The notes: generated by a model not told the origin, from the letters alone. Counted from the first letter of the stretch, positions 34,823 to 45,701 are shown. The stretch is 49,768 nt of DNA from Acidimicrobiales bacterium (GCA_040905815.1 JBBDQT010000053.1:1-49768), one strand, 5' to 3'. Numbers and translations are program-made.

Positions 34823-37800
34823 GTGCACCTCAAGTCTCTCACCCTCAAGGGCTTCAAGTCCTTCGCCGACGCCACCACGCTCGACCTCGAACCCGGGATC
34901 ACCGTGGTCGTCGGCCCGAACGGCTCCGGCAAGTCGAACATCGTCGACGCCGTCGCCTGGGTGCTCGGCGCGCAGGGACCACGGACGGTCCGCAGCTCCA
35001 AGATGGACGACGTCATCTTCGCCGGCACCGACAAGCGCTCGGCGCTCGGCCGGGCGGAGGTCAGCCTCACCATCGACAACAGCGACGGCCAGCTCCCGAT
35101 CGCGTTCTCCGAGCTCACCGTGCGCCGGACCCTCTTCCGCAGCGGCGACAGCGAGTATGCGATCAACGGCGTCGCCTGTCGACTGCTCGACGTCCAGGAC
35201 CTGCTCTCCGACTCCGGGGTCGGACGCCAGCAGCACGTCATCGTCAGCCAGGGCCAGATCGACGGGATCCTCAACGCGCGCCCCGAGGATCGCCGGGCGG
35301 TGATCGAGGAGGCGGCCGGCGTCCTCAAGTTCCGCCGGCGCAAGGAGCGGGCCGAGCGCCGGTTGGAGGCCACCGAGGCGAACCTCGTGCGCCTCTCCGA
35401 CCTGCTGCGCGAGCTGCGCCGCCAGCTCCGCCCCCTCGAGCGCCAAGCAGAGGCCGCCCGTCGCCACGGTGACCTCGTCGCCGAGCTCGCTGCCGTCTGC
35501 CTCTTCCTGGCCGGGAGGGAGCTCGCCTCGCTCCGCACCCGCCTCGGGGCGGGGGCCGAGCGCCGCGCCGGCCTCTCCACCGAGGACGCCACGTTGAAGT
35601 CCGAGCTCTCGGTGCTCGACGCCGGGGTCCTCGCCACCGAAGCCGAGCTGTCGGCCATGGGCGCGGAGGACCTCGGCGACTCGCTGGTGCGGGTGGAGCG
35701 GGCGCACGCCCACGCGCGGGGGCTCGCCGCGGTGCTGGCCGAGCGTCTCAGGGGCACCGAGCGCGACATCGCGGTCGCCATCGACCTCGAGGTGGTGGCC
35801 ACGCTCGAGGCCGACGCCGCCCGACTCCGCTCCGAGCTCGACGAGGCTGAAGGCGCCGCAGTCCGGCTCGTCCCCGAGACCGAGCGGGTGGAGCAGTCGG
35901 AGGCGGACCTGCGGTCGGCCCACGCCCGCTTCGCCGAGACGTGGGGCGAGGAGGCGCCGATCGCCACCGGCAGGGCAGCAGAGGTCCGAGGGGAGCTCGC
36001 CGCCCTGCGCAGCGCGGCCGAGCGTGCAGGCAGCGAGGCGGGACGGGCGCGGGCCAGGCTGGTGTCGCTCGAGTCCCGGATCGAGCGCCTCGACGGCGAG
36101 GCGAGACGTCTCCGGGCGGTCGTCGCAGAGGCCGAGGAGGCCGTCGCCGGACTGCGACTGGCGCGCGACGCTGCCGCCTCCGCCCGCGCCGACGCCGAGG
36201 CGCAGCTCGACGCAGCGGAGACGGGGCGCCGTGCCGCCGACGCCGACCGCCATGCGTGGGCCGCCCGCGCTGAGGCGCTGGGCCAGGCCCTCGACCAGGC
36301 GAGGGCCCGGGCCGGGGCGGAGCGGCTCGAGGGCGTCGACGGGGTCGTCGGGATCCTCCTCGACCTCGTCGAGGTGGACGACGGCTGGGAGCCGGCGGTC
36401 GAGGCTGCCCTCGGCCAGGCCATCGACGCCGTCGTCGTGCGCGGCGGCGCCGTGGGGGCACGGCGCGCGCTCGAAGTGCTCCACGAGGCGGGCACGGGTG
36501 CCGTCCTCCCCCTCGGCGTCGCCAGCTCCGGCGCGCCCGTGGCCGCTCGGCTGCCCGTCGGAGAGCGTGTCCGGGACCATGTCCGCTCCCGGGACCCCGA
36601 GGTCGATGCCGCCCTCGACGCGGTGCTCGGCGCGGCGGTGTGCGTCCCGGTCCGGGACGTGGGACCGCCGTGGCTGGCCGCCCTCGATGCCGCCGTCGCC
36701 CACCCGGGCGCCGTGGTGGTCACCCGCTCGGGCGATCGCTTCGCCGCTGGCGGCTGGCGCATCGGCGCGACGGGCGCCGGCGCGACCGGCGCCGCCCTCG
36801 AGGAGGCCGTGGTCAGGGCAGCCGAGGCGGCCGCCACAGCGACCGATGCCGAAGAGGCGGCGATTGCTGCCCGCGCCGCCGTCATCGAAGCCCGGGCCGT
36901 CGAGGTCGACGCCGCCCGCCGCCACGACCGCAACGAGGTGTCCCGCCGCAGCGCGGCCGACGGTCTCGCGAGGGTCGACGCCGAGCGCGCCGATGCCGCC
37001 CTCGAGGCTGAGAACCTCCGCTCCGACGTGGATGCCCTCGTCGAGCGGGCCGGCCTCGAGCAGGGCCGCCTCTTCGAGCTCGACGCCGAGCTGCCCGCAC
37101 TCGAGGCGGAGGAGTCTTCTGCCCTCGAGCGGGCCCGCGAGATGGCCGACGACCGAGCTCGGCTGGAGGAGCGCGCTGCGGCGGTGAGGGCGCTGCGCAC
37201 CGATCTCGAAGTGCGGGCGAGCGGGCTCGAGGAGCGCCGCGCCTACCTGCACGCGAGGCTCGCCGAAGTCGACGAGCGCCTGTCCCGCAACGTGGCCGAG
37301 CGAGCTGACGCCGAGAGCCGACGCATCGCGCTCCAGCGCCGTCTCGGCGCCGTGCGCGGGCTGGCCGGCGTCGTCGAGGGCCACCGTGCATGGCTCGACG
37401 CCGTTCTCGACGATCTGAGAGAGCAACGCCGCGCCCAGAGCGAGGCGGTCCGCACCAAGGCGACCCACCTCGACCATCTCCGCAAGCAGAGAACCGACGC
37501 CGAAGGGCGCCTCAGCGAGCTCCGGGAACGGTCCCAGCGCGCCGAGCTCGAGTGCCAGGAGCTCCAGCTCCGGGTCGAGGCGTCGGTCGAGTCGATCCGC
37601 CGGGAGCTCGACAGCGAGCCCGACGCGGCCCTCGCCGCCGAGTGCCCGCCGCTGCCCGAGGCCACCACCCCGGCCGCCCACCTCCGTGACCTCGAGCGCG
37701 AGCTGCGCCTCATGGGGCCGATCAACCCGCTCGCCCTCGAAGAGCACGACGCGGTCAAGGAGCGGCACGGCTTCGTGGAGTCCCAGCTCGAGGACGTCAA

Positions 37801-38317
37801 GGCGGGACGGCGGGAGCTCGCCCGGGTGATCCGGGCGGTCGACGCCGAGATCGTCGAGACGTTCACCTCCGCGTTCGCCGACGTGAGCGGCCACTTCACC
37901 GACCTGTTCGAGACGCTGTTCCCAGGCGGCCAGGGCCGGCTGTGCCTCACCGATCCCGACCACCCGCTGGACACCGGCATCGACATCGAGGCCCGACCGT
38001 CCGGCAAGAACGTCCGCAAGCTCTCGCTGCTGTCCGGTGGCGAGCGGTCGCTGACCGCGCTCGCCTACCTCTTCGCGGTGTTCCGCAGCCGCCCGTCTCC
38101 CTTCTACTTGATGGACGAGGTGGAGGCGGCGCTCGACGACGTGAACCTGCGGCGCTTCCTGGACCTCGTCGACCAGTTCCGCCAGGAGGCGCAGCTCGTC
38201 ATCGTGACCCACCAGAAGCGCACGATGGAGGTGGCCGACGTCCTCTACGGCGTCACCATGCAGTCCGGCGGGTCGTCCAAGGTCGTGAGCGAGCGGGTCA
38301 CCACCGCCACCACCTGA
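34823..38317 (+). CDS. smc: chromosome segregation protein SMC
   Basis: VHLKSLTLKGFKSFA..., GPNGSGKSNIVDA (Walker A), long coiled coils with a hinge, LSGGERSLTALA (signature), FYLMDEVEAALD (Walker B). GTG at 34823. Confidence 0.95.
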   Translation: MHLKSLTLKGFKSFADATTLDLEPGITVVVGPNGSGKSNIVDAVAWVLGAQGPRTVRSSKMDDVIFAGTDKRSALGRAEVSLTIDNSDGQLPIAFSELTVRRTLFRSGDSEYAINGVACRLLDVQDLLSDSGVGRQQHVIVSQGQIDGILNARPEDRRAVIEEAAGVLKFRRRKERAERRLEATEANLVRLSDLLRELRRQLRPLERQAEAARRHGDLVAELAAVCLFLAGRELASLRTRLGAGAERRAGLSTEDATLKSELSVLDAGVLATEAELSAMGAEDLGDSLVRVERAHAHARGLAAVLAERLRGTERDIAVAIDLEVVATLEADAARLRSELDEAEGAAVRLVPETERVEQSEADLRSAHARFAETWGEEAPIATGRAAEVRGELAALRSAAERAGSEAGRARARLVSLESRIERLDGEARRLRAVVAEAEEAVAGLRLARDAAASARADAEAQLDAAETGRRAADADRHAWAARAEALGQALDQARARAGAERLEGVDGVVGILLDLVEVDDGWEPAVEAALGQAIDAVVVRGGAVGARRALEVLHEAGTGAVLPLGVASSGAPVAARLPVGERVRDHVRSRDPEVDAALDAVLGAAVCVPVRDVGPPWLAALDAAVAHPGAVVVTRSGDRFAAGGWRIGATGAGATGAALEEAVVRAAEAAATATDAEEAAIAARAAVIEARAVEVDAARRHDRNEVSRRSAADGLARVDAERADAALEAENLRSDVDALVERAGLEQGRLFELDAELPALEAEESSALERAREMADDRARLEERAAAVRALRTDLEVRASGLEERRAYLHARLAEVDERLSRNVAERADAESRRIALQRRLGAVRGLAGVVEGHRAWLDAVLDDLREQRRAQSEAVRTKATHLDHLRKQRTDAEGRLSELRERSQRAELECQELQLRVEASVESIRRELDSEPDAALAAECPPLPEATTPAAHLRDLERELRLMGPINPLALEEHDAVKERHGFVESQLEDVKAGRRELARVIRAVDAEIVETFTSAFADVSGHFTDLFETLFPGGQGRLCLTDPDHPLDTGIDIEARPSGKNVRKLSLLSGGERSLTALAYLFAVFRSRPSPFYLMDEVEAALDDVNLRRFLDLVDQFRQEAQLVIVTHQKRTMEVADVLYGVTMQSGGSSKVVSERVTTATT

Positions 38318-38385
38318 GCTCGCTGGCGGACGGGGCGGATCGGCGGATCTGGCCGGTGAGCCGCCCTGGATAGGCTGCCGCGACC

Positions 38386-39627
38386 ATGGAGATCGTCATC
38401 CTGCTGGTCGTCCTCGCCGCCGTCCTCGTCGGTTCCACCGCCGCGCTGGTGGCGTCGCGCCGTGGCCGAGACCGGGGTGACCTCCTCGAGCCCCCGCCTG
38501 AACCGCCGGTCGTCATCCCACCGGAGCGGGCGGGCCCGACACAGGCGCCCGACGGTGCCACCGACGTGCCCGACTCGAGCTCCGGCGTCGGCACGCTGCC
38601 CCCTCCTGGGGAGGCGCCCGACGTCGAGGGCGATCCCGACGTCCTCGTCCCCGAGCCCGACGAGGCGACCGTCGCGGAGATCGAGGAGGCCCTCGCCGAG
38701 GCTGAGGCGTCCATCGTCGAGGAGGCCGTCAAGCCGCGCATCCGTGACCGGCTCACCAAGACCCGGAGCCTCTTCGCCGGGTACTTCGGCTCGATCCTCG
38801 CCCGGTCCGCCATCGACGCGGAGACCTGGGACGACCTCGAGGAGGCGCTCCTGCGGGCTGACGTCGGCATCGGCCTCACCACGTCGGTGCTCGACGACCT
38901 GCGCGCCGAGGTCAAGGACAAGGGCATCACCGAGCCCGACGCCCTGCTCGAGCAGCTGAAGGGCGACTTGAAGGTGCGCCTCCAGGTGTCGGACCGGGGC
39001 CTCAACCTCAAGGCCGGGGCGACGAACGTGTGGCTCTTCGTCGGGGTGAACGGGGTCGGCAAGACGACGACGATCGGCAAGCTCGCCAAGGCGCAGTCGA
39101 CCGAGGGCCGCCAGGTGGTGATGGCGGCCGGCGACACCTTTCGTGCTGCCGCCGCCGAGCAGCTGGGCATGTGGGCGGAGCGGACCGGCGCCGACCTCGT
39201 CCGCGGCGCCGAGGGCGGTGATCCGAGCTCGGTGATCTTCGACGCGGTCCAGCGGGCTTCGTCCCGGGGATCGGACCTCGTCCTCGCTGACACGGCCGGT
39301 CGCCTGCACACCAAGACGAACCTCATGGACGAGCTGCGCAAGGTCCGCCGGGTGGCGGAGAAGCCTCCGGGCGAGGTCACCGAGGTGCTCCTCGTGATCG
39401 ACGCGACCACGGGACAGAACAGCCTCACGCAGGCCCAGCAGTTCCTGAAGGCAGTGGAGGTCACCGGCGTCGTCCTCACCAAGCTCGACGGCTCGGCCAA
39501 GGGCGGCATCGTCCTCGCCATCCAGTCCGAGCTCGGCCTCCCGGTGAAGCTCGTCGGCCTGGGCGAGACCGTCGACGACCTCGTCCCCTTCGATCCCGAC
39601 GAGTTCGTCGAGGCGCTGTTCGCATGA
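38386..39627 (+). CDS. ftsY: signal recognition particle receptor FtsY
   Basis: N-terminal TM helix plus acidic A-region, GVNGVGKTTTIGKLA, DTAGRL, TKLDGSAKGG. Confidence 0.95.
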   Translation: MEIVILLVVLAAVLVGSTAALVASRRGRDRGDLLEPPPEPPVVIPPERAGPTQAPDGATDVPDSSSGVGTLPPPGEAPDVEGDPDVLVPEPDEATVAEIEEALAEAEASIVEEAVKPRIRDRLTKTRSLFAGYFGSILARSAIDAETWDDLEEALLRADVGIGLTTSVLDDLRAEVKDKGITEPDALLEQLKGDLKVRLQVSDRGLNLKAGATNVWLFVGVNGVGKTTTIGKLAKAQSTEGRQVVMAAGDTFRAAAAEQLGMWAERTGADLVRGAEGGDPSSVIFDAVQRASSRGSDLVLADTAGRLHTKTNLMDELRKVRRVAEKPPGEVTEVLLVIDATTGQNSLTQAQQFLKAVEVTGVVLTKLDGSAKGGIVLAIQSELGLPVKLVGLGETVDDLVPFDPDEFVEALFA

Positions 39628-39657
39628 GGTCGTGACGATGGTCCGGAGGAGCGCACG

Positions 39658-40071
39658 ATGATCTGGTTGCTGACCCGCCTGGTGGTGGTCCCGGTCAAGG
39701 TGACCGCTGGGGGATTCAAGCTCGGGTTCTGGACCGGCCGGACGGTCGGCTGGCGCCGGATCTCCCTGCTCGGCCTGGGCGTCGGGATCGGGCTCCTCGT
39801 CGCCCCGGGGCCCGGCGCCGAGCTGCGCGCCCGCCTCCGACAGAAGGTGGAAGGTCCGCCGGGCCAGCCGGGCCGTTCCGGCCCGCCGGCCTGGGACGAT
39901 GGGGTGCTCGTGGCTACGCCTCCGCCGACCGATGCACCGGTCGTCCCGCCCTCATCGCAGGCGAGCGGTGTTGTGCGGGGTGCCTCCACCCCGTCGGAAC
40001 CGCTGCCCGCGGCGCCCGACGCCGACCCGGCGACCGAGGATCCGGCGACCGAGGACCCGACCACGTCCTGA
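39658..40071 (+). CDS. small membrane protein with a YtxH-like segment and a Pro-rich tail
   Basis: TM helices MIWLLTRLVVVPV and LLGLGVGIGLLVAPGPGAELRARLRQKV (YtxH-like). C-terminal tandem PATED-PATED encoded by a 15-nt duplication. Confidence 0.5.
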   Translation: MIWLLTRLVVVPVKVTAGGFKLGFWTGRTVGWRRISLLGLGVGIGLLVAPGPGAELRARLRQKVEGPPGQPGRSGPPAWDDGVLVATPPPTDAPVVPPSSQASGVVRGASTPSEPLPAAPDADPATEDPATEDPTTS

Positions 40072-40199
40072 TCGGGCCTCGCCCCGACCTGCAGGGCGCC
40101 GCCGGGTTCGTCCGAGCCCGCCCCATGCCCGAGCCGGAGCGCCCCGCCGACCCGCCTCGCCGGGCGGCGATGAGGTCCGGAGGTGTGGCCGACCGTTGG

Positions 40200-40270
40200 C
40201 GTGGGGTAACCCACGGTGGTCTTCCGGCGTTGTGAGCGCGCAGAGCCCGGCGCGCTCGCGATGCCGGAAG
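40200..40270 (+). promoter_or_regulatory. strongly structured segment in the 275-nt gap upstream of ffh (candidate leader or small RNA)
   Basis: Hairpin CGTGGG-GTAA-CCCACG (40200-40215, GNRA-type loop). Two-tier hairpin CTTCCGGC / GTTGT / GAGCGCGC - AGAGCCCG - GCGCGCTC / GCGAT / GCCGGAAG (40221-40270, 8+8 bp). Confidence 0.3.
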
Positions 40271-40346
40271 CTCAGCTCTGGACGTCGGAGGATGCACCGG
40301 GCGGCTTCGACCGGCGGCCGCAACCACCGGTAGCCTCGGAGACCGC

Positions 40347-41756
<1,410 letters not shown>

Positions 41757-41824
41757 CGCCAGACCGAGCACCACCGAAGCACAGCCACCGCCACCGGGCG
41801 GGGGAGAACAGGGAGAGCACCACC

Positions 41825-42094
41825 GTGGCCGTCAAGCTCCGCCTCATGCGGATGGGCAAGAAGAAGCAGCCGACCTACCGGGTCGTGGCGGCCGACGGCC
41901 GCTCACCCCGCAACGGCCGGTTCATCGAGATCCTGGGCACCTACGAGCCCCGCCTCGATCCGTCGGGTGTCAACATCGACAACGAGAAGGCGTTGCACTG
42001 GCTGCGCCAGGGCGCCCAGCCGACCGAACGGGTGGTGCTGCTCCTGAAGCAGACCGGCGCGTGGGACGAGTTCAAGTCCGGCACCGCCTCATGA
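41825..42094 (+). CDS. rpsP: 30S ribosomal protein S16
   Basis: (M)AVKLRLMRMGKKKQPTYRVVAADGRSPRNGRFIEILGTYEP; GTG at 41825. Confidence 0.95.
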   Translation: MAVKLRLMRMGKKKQPTYRVVAADGRSPRNGRFIEILGTYEPRLDPSGVNIDNEKALHWLRQGAQPTERVVLLLKQTGAWDEFKSGTAS

Positions 42095-42378
42095 GCGACG
42101 CTCCCGCAGACGACGTGGACGTCGACGACGAGGCACCGGCCCCCACCGCCGAGGACGTCCTCGCCTACCTGGTCGAGGCGCTGGTCGACGACCCCGACAG
42201 CGTCGAGATCGACTCGGTCGAGGGCCGGCGTGGCGTGGGGCTCGAGGTGCGCGTCGCATCGGGCGACATGGGCCGCGTCATCGGCCGGCGGGGCCGCATG
42301 GCCAACGCCATCCGCACCGTCGTGCGCGCCGCCGCCGTCAAGGACGGCGTGGCCACCGACGTCGACTTCGTGGACTAG
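42091..42378 (+). CDS. KH-domain RNA-binding protein (YlqC/UPF0109 family)
   Basis: GRVIGRRGRMANAIRTVV (GxxG loop). The ATG overlaps the rpsP stop (ATGA). Classical rpsP-KH-rimM order. Confidence 0.85.
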   Translation: MSDAPADDVDVDDEAPAPTAEDVLAYLVEALVDDPDSVEIDSVEGRRGVGLEVRVASGDMGRVIGRRGRMANAIRTVVRAAAVKDGVATDVDFVD

Positions 42379-42386
42379 GTCTCTTC

Positions 42387-42480
42387 GCCATCGATGATCC
42401 GATGGCTGGCTCCCGGACGACCGGCGGAGCCGGATCGTCCTCCGCGGGCTCATTGCCCAGCGATGATCCGATGGCTGGCT
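42387..42480 (+). repeat. copy B of the double-hairpin element plus a 20-nt direct re-iteration of its 5' part
   Basis: 42387-42444 matches 26613-26671 at 57/59. CGATGATCCGATGGCTGGCT occurs exactly twice (42392-42411 and 42461-42480); the second copy abuts the rimM GTG at 42481. Confidence 0.7.
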
Positions 42481-42954
42481 GTGCCTGACGGCGTCCCCCT
42501 CCTCGAGGTGGGTCGCATCGCCAAGGCCCACGGCATCCGCGGTGAGGTCACCGTGGTCCTCACCACCGCGCGCCTCGAGCGCCTCGCCTCCGGCGCCGTC
42601 CTCCACACCCGCCGCGGGCCGCTCGAGGTCGTCACGTCCCGGCCGCACCAGGGCGGGCACCTCGTGGCCTTTGCCGGTGTCTCGGACCGCGATGCGGCGG
42701 AGGAGCTGCGGGGGCTCGTGCTGCAGGCGGAGCCCCTCGACGATCCCGACGAGCTCTGGGTCCACGACCTCGTAGGCCGCGAGGTGGTCGAGGTCGACGG
42801 CACCACCCGCGGCCGGGTCACGGCCCTCGAGGTCAACCCCGCGAGTGACCTGCTCGTCCTCGACTCCGGCGCCCTCGTTCCGCTGACCTTCGTGGTGGAC
42901 ATCGACGCCGAGCGGCTCGTCGTCGATGCCCCCGAGGGCCTCTTCGACCTGTAG
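42481..42954 (+). CDS. rimM: 16S rRNA processing protein RimM
   Basis: [20 protein letters not shown] (RimM N-domain) plus a PRC barrel ([11 protein letters not shown]...[15 protein letters not shown]). GTG at 42481 preferred; the in-frame ATG at 42463 lies inside the repeat. Confidence 0.85.
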   Translation: MPDGVPLLEVGRIAKAHGIRGEVTVVLTTARLERLASGAVLHTRRGPLEVVTSRPHQGGHLVAFAGVSDRDAAEELRGLVLQAEPLDDPDELWVHDLVGREVVEVDGTTRGRVTALEVNPASDLLVLDSGALVPLTFVVDIDAERLVVDAPEGLFDL

Positions 42955-43013
42955 GCCCATCGAGCTGCACGCCCATCGAGGTGCCCGCCGACCGCTGTGC
43001 AACGCTGGCCCCG

Positions 43014-43799
43014 GTGCGCATCGACGTCTTCACGATCTTCCCGGAGATGGTCTCCGGCTTCGCCGGCCAGAGCCTCCTCGGCCGGGCGCAGTCGCGGAAC
43101 CTGCTCGACGTGCGGGCCCACGACCTCCGTGCCGGCACGACGGACCCGCACCGCAGCGTCGACGCGCCGCCCTTCGGCGGGGGAGCGGGGATGGTGCTCA
43201 TGCCCGAGCCGGTGTTCGCCTCGGTGGAGGCGGTCGACCCGCCCCGACCGCTCCTCCTCCTGGGACCTGGCGGACGGACGCTCACCCAGGCCTACGCCCG
43301 GGACCTGGCGGCGAGCGGGGGCTTCTCCCTGCTGTGCGGGCGCTACGAGGGGGTGGACGAGCGCATCCGCACCCACCTCGTCGACGACGAGCTGTCGGTC
43401 GGGGACTACGTCCTCGCCGGGGGGGAGGTGGCGGCGATGGTCGTGCTCGAGGCGGTCGGCCGGCTGGTCCCGGGGGTGATGGGCAACGACACCTCGGCGG
43501 GCGAGGAGAGCTTCAGCGACGGCCTGCTCGAGTACCCGCACTACACCCGCCCCTCCGGCTTCCGGGGGTGGGACGCGCCGGAGGTCCTGCGCTCCGGTGA
43601 CCACGCCAAGGTGGCGCGCTGGCGCCGCGCCCAGGCCCTCGCCCGGACCATCGAGAGGCGCCCCGACCTCATCGCCGCCCGAGGCGGGATCTCCCCCGAG
43701 GAGGGCCGTCTGCTCGCCGAGCACGGTCTGGCCGGTGGCAGCGCCTTGGAGGACGAGGATGACCTGTCCTACGATGCAGGCTCCCCCAGCAGCACCTGA
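43014..43799 (+). CDS. trmD: tRNA (guanine37-N1)-methyltransferase
   Basis: [48 protein letters not shown]-like [16 protein letters not shown] at 43014. Confidence 0.9.
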   Translation: MRIDVFTIFPEMVSGFAGQSLLGRAQSRNLLDVRAHDLRAGTTDPHRSVDAPPFGGGAGMVLMPEPVFASVEAVDPPRPLLLLGPGGRTLTQAYARDLAASGGFSLLCGRYEGVDERIRTHLVDDELSVGDYVLAGGEVAAMVVLEAVGRLVPGVMGNDTSAGEESFSDGLLEYPHYTRPSGFRGWDAPEVLRSGDHAKVARWRRAQALARTIERRPDLIAARGGISPEEGRLLAEHGLAGGSALEDEDDLSYDAGSPSST

Positions 43800-43816
43800 C
43801 GAAGGAACCTCGCGCC

Positions 43817-44167
43817 ATGAACCCCACCGATCTCGTCGACCGCGCCAGCTTGCGCGACGACATCCCGGCTTTCGGCCCCGGTGACACCCTGAAGGTCCAC
43901 GTCCGGGTCGTCGAGGGCACCCGCGAGCGGGTGCAGGTCTTCCAGGGCGTGGTCATCCGCCGCCAGGGCTCGGGCGTCCGCGAGTCGTTCACCGTCCGCA
44001 AGCTGAGCTTCGGCGTCGGGGTCGAGCGCACGTTCCCCGTGCACTCCCCGATCATCCAGCGGATCGAGCCGATGGTCGTGGGCGACGTCCGCCGGGCCAA
44101 GCTCTACTACCTCCGCGACCGCGTCGGGAAGGCGGCCAAGATCAAAGAGAAGCGGGCCGTCCGCTAG
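43817..44167 (+). CDS. rplS: 50S ribosomal protein L19
   Basis: [45 protein letters not shown]. Confidence 0.95.
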   Translation: MNPTDLVDRASLRDDIPAFGPGDTLKVHVRVVEGTRERVQVFQGVVIRRQGSGVRESFTVRKLSFGVGVERTFPVHSPIIQRIEPMVVGDVRRAKLYYLRDRVGKAAKIKEKRAVR

Positions 44168-44185
44168 CCCGTCCGCCGACTGCAG

Positions 44186-44800
44186 ATGGCCGGTCGGCGC
44201 TCCCCGCTGCGCGGTGCTGCCGTCGAGGTGGCGTTCCTCGCGACGGCAGCGGTGGTCATCGCGGTGGTCGCCCGGGTCTTCCTGGCCCAGGCGTTCTTCA
44301 TCCCCTCCTCGTCCATGGAGCCCCAGCTGGAGGTCGGCGACCGGGTCGTCGTCTCCCGCACGTCCTACCGGCTCCACGAGCCCCGGCGGGGCGACGTCGT
44401 GGTCTTCGACTGCCCTCCCCGCGCGACCTGCCCGCCCCCCGCGGAGGACCGTGCCCTGCCGGTGCGGGTCGCGTTCGGCGCCCTCGAGGCCGTCGGCCTC
44501 CGCCAGCCGTCCACCGAGGAGTTCATCAAGCGGGTGGTCGCGCTCCCGGGTGAGGTCGTCGAGGGCAGGGACGGCCGGGTCTACGTCGGCGGACGCCTCC
44601 TCGTGGAGCCCTACCTCGACGCCACCGCCACGACCTCCTCCTTCGATCCCGTCAAGGTGCCCGATGGCCACCTCTGGGTCATGGGCGACAACCGGGGCAA
44701 CAGCTCGGACAGCCGCGCCTTCGGTGTGATCGACCAGGAGGAAGTCGTCGGCCGGGCCGTCCTCCGGATCTGGCCCCCGACGAGGAGCGCCTTCCTCTGA
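44186..44800 (+). CDS. lepB: signal peptidase I
   Basis: N-terminal TM helix, IPSSSMEPQL (catalytic Ser box), RGDVVVF, GDNRGNSSDSR. Confidence 0.9.
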   Translation: MAGRRSPLRGAAVEVAFLATAAVVIAVVARVFLAQAFFIPSSSMEPQLEVGDRVVVSRTSYRLHEPRRGDVVVFDCPPRATCPPPAEDRALPVRVAFGALEAVGLRQPSTEEFIKRVVALPGEVVEGRDGRVYVGGRLLVEPYLDATATTSSFDPVKVPDGHLWVMGDNRGNSSDSRAFGVIDQEEVVGRAVLRIWPPTRSAFL

Positions 44801-44849
44801 CCGCCGGCGCCACCCTTCCACCGTGGGATCCGGGGCGTAGGATGCGCGG

Positions 44850-45146
44850 ATGAGCACCGACGACCTCGAGCGCTACGAAGCCGAGATCGAGCTCCAGCTC
44901 TACAAGGAGTACAAGGACGTCTGCCCGATGTTCACCCACGTGGTGGAGACGGAGCGCCGGTTCTACCTGGCGAACCACGTGGAGCAGACCGTGCGCGGTG
45001 AGGACGGCCGGAGCTGGATCGAGCTCGAGCTGCGTGACGCGTGGGTCTGGGACATGTACCGCCAGAGCCGGTTCGTGGCGGCGGTGAAGATCGTGACGTT
45101 CAAGGACGTCAACGTCGAGGAGCTCCCCAAGAAGGACATCCTGTAG
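44850..45146 (+). CDS. DUF2469 family protein
   Basis: DLERYEAEIELQLYKEYKDV...RFYLAN...VWDMYR; conserved actinobacterial protein near lepB. Confidence 0.8.
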   Translation: MSTDDLERYEAEIELQLYKEYKDVCPMFTHVVETERRFYLANHVEQTVRGEDGRSWIELELRDAWVWDMYRQSRFVAAVKIVTFKDVNVEELPKKDIL

Positions 45147-45149
45147 CCC

Positions 45150-45533
45150 GTGGCCGGTGACGGTGACGGTGCCGCAGCCGGTAACGACCGGGTCGCCCGG
45201 CGACGCTCCGTCGGCGTGACCGGGGAGGACCTCGCCGCCGCCTGGTACGTCGAGCAGGGCTACGAGGTCGTCGAGCGCAACTGGCGCTGTCGGCACGGCG
45301 AGCTCGACCTGATCGTGCGGGACGGGCGGACGTTCGTGTTCTGCGAGGTGAAGTCCCGCTCGTCCCTGGCGTTCGGCTCACCGCTCGAGGCGGTCACCCA
45401 CACCAAGCGGCAGCGCATCCGCCACCTCGCCGCCCGCTGGCTCGAGCAGGCTCCGGTCCGGCCGAGCGGGATCCGCTTCGACGTCGTCGCCGTGCTCGAC
45501 GGTGAGCTCGAGGTCATCCAAGGGGCGTTCTAG
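45150..45533 (+). CDS. yraN: YraN family (UPF0102) endonuclease-like protein
   Basis: GEDLAAAWYVEQGYEVVERNWRCRHGELDLIV...VFCEVKSR...IRFDVVAV. Confidence 0.85.
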   Translation: MAGDGDGAAAGNDRVARRRSVGVTGEDLAAAWYVEQGYEVVERNWRCRHGELDLIVRDGRTFVFCEVKSRSSLAFGSPLEAVTHTKRQRIRHLAARWLEQAPVRPSGIRFDVVAVLDGELEVIQGAF

Positions 45534-45647
45534 TCAGAGGGCGCCCGCGGCCCAGGCGATCGCCAGGAGGCACACGGCGATGCCCGCGGCGACGAACGCC
45601 AGGTCCGCCGGGCGCCGGCGCTGCGGTCGCATCGGGTTGAAGCCCAT
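45534..45647 (-). CDS. possible 37-aa single-TM peptide
   Basis: MGFNPMRPQRRRPADLAFVAAGIAVCLLAIAWAAGAL has a basic N-terminus followed by one hydrophobic helix. No clear SD; support is hydropathy only. Confidence 0.25.
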   Translation of the reverse strand: MGFNPMRPQRRRPADLAFVAAGIAVCLLAIAWAAGAL

Positions 45648-45701
45648 GCTGCCAGCATCGCAGTGCCGGAGGCCGATGCGGCGCGGGGATAGCGTCCCGG
45701 C

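Noticed and set aside
34730-38212. N-terminal ~1160 aa of the 1445-aa minus-strand ORF antisense to smc, and the 845-aa ORF 34663..37200
   Set aside because: No domain signatures and an extreme Arg/Gly/Ala/Ser bias. The smc frame on the + strand has Walker A/B, the signature motif and coiled coils. Only the last 284 codons (the methyltransferase) are real.
40072-40346. SRP (4.5S) RNA, or a decayed glnB/amt coding relic, upstream of ffh
   Set aside because: I could not find the conserved SRP domain IV features (GGAA-type apical loop with flanking symmetric/asymmetric loop consensus). No frame gives a PII- or Amt-like peptide. It is kept only as an unexplained structured region.
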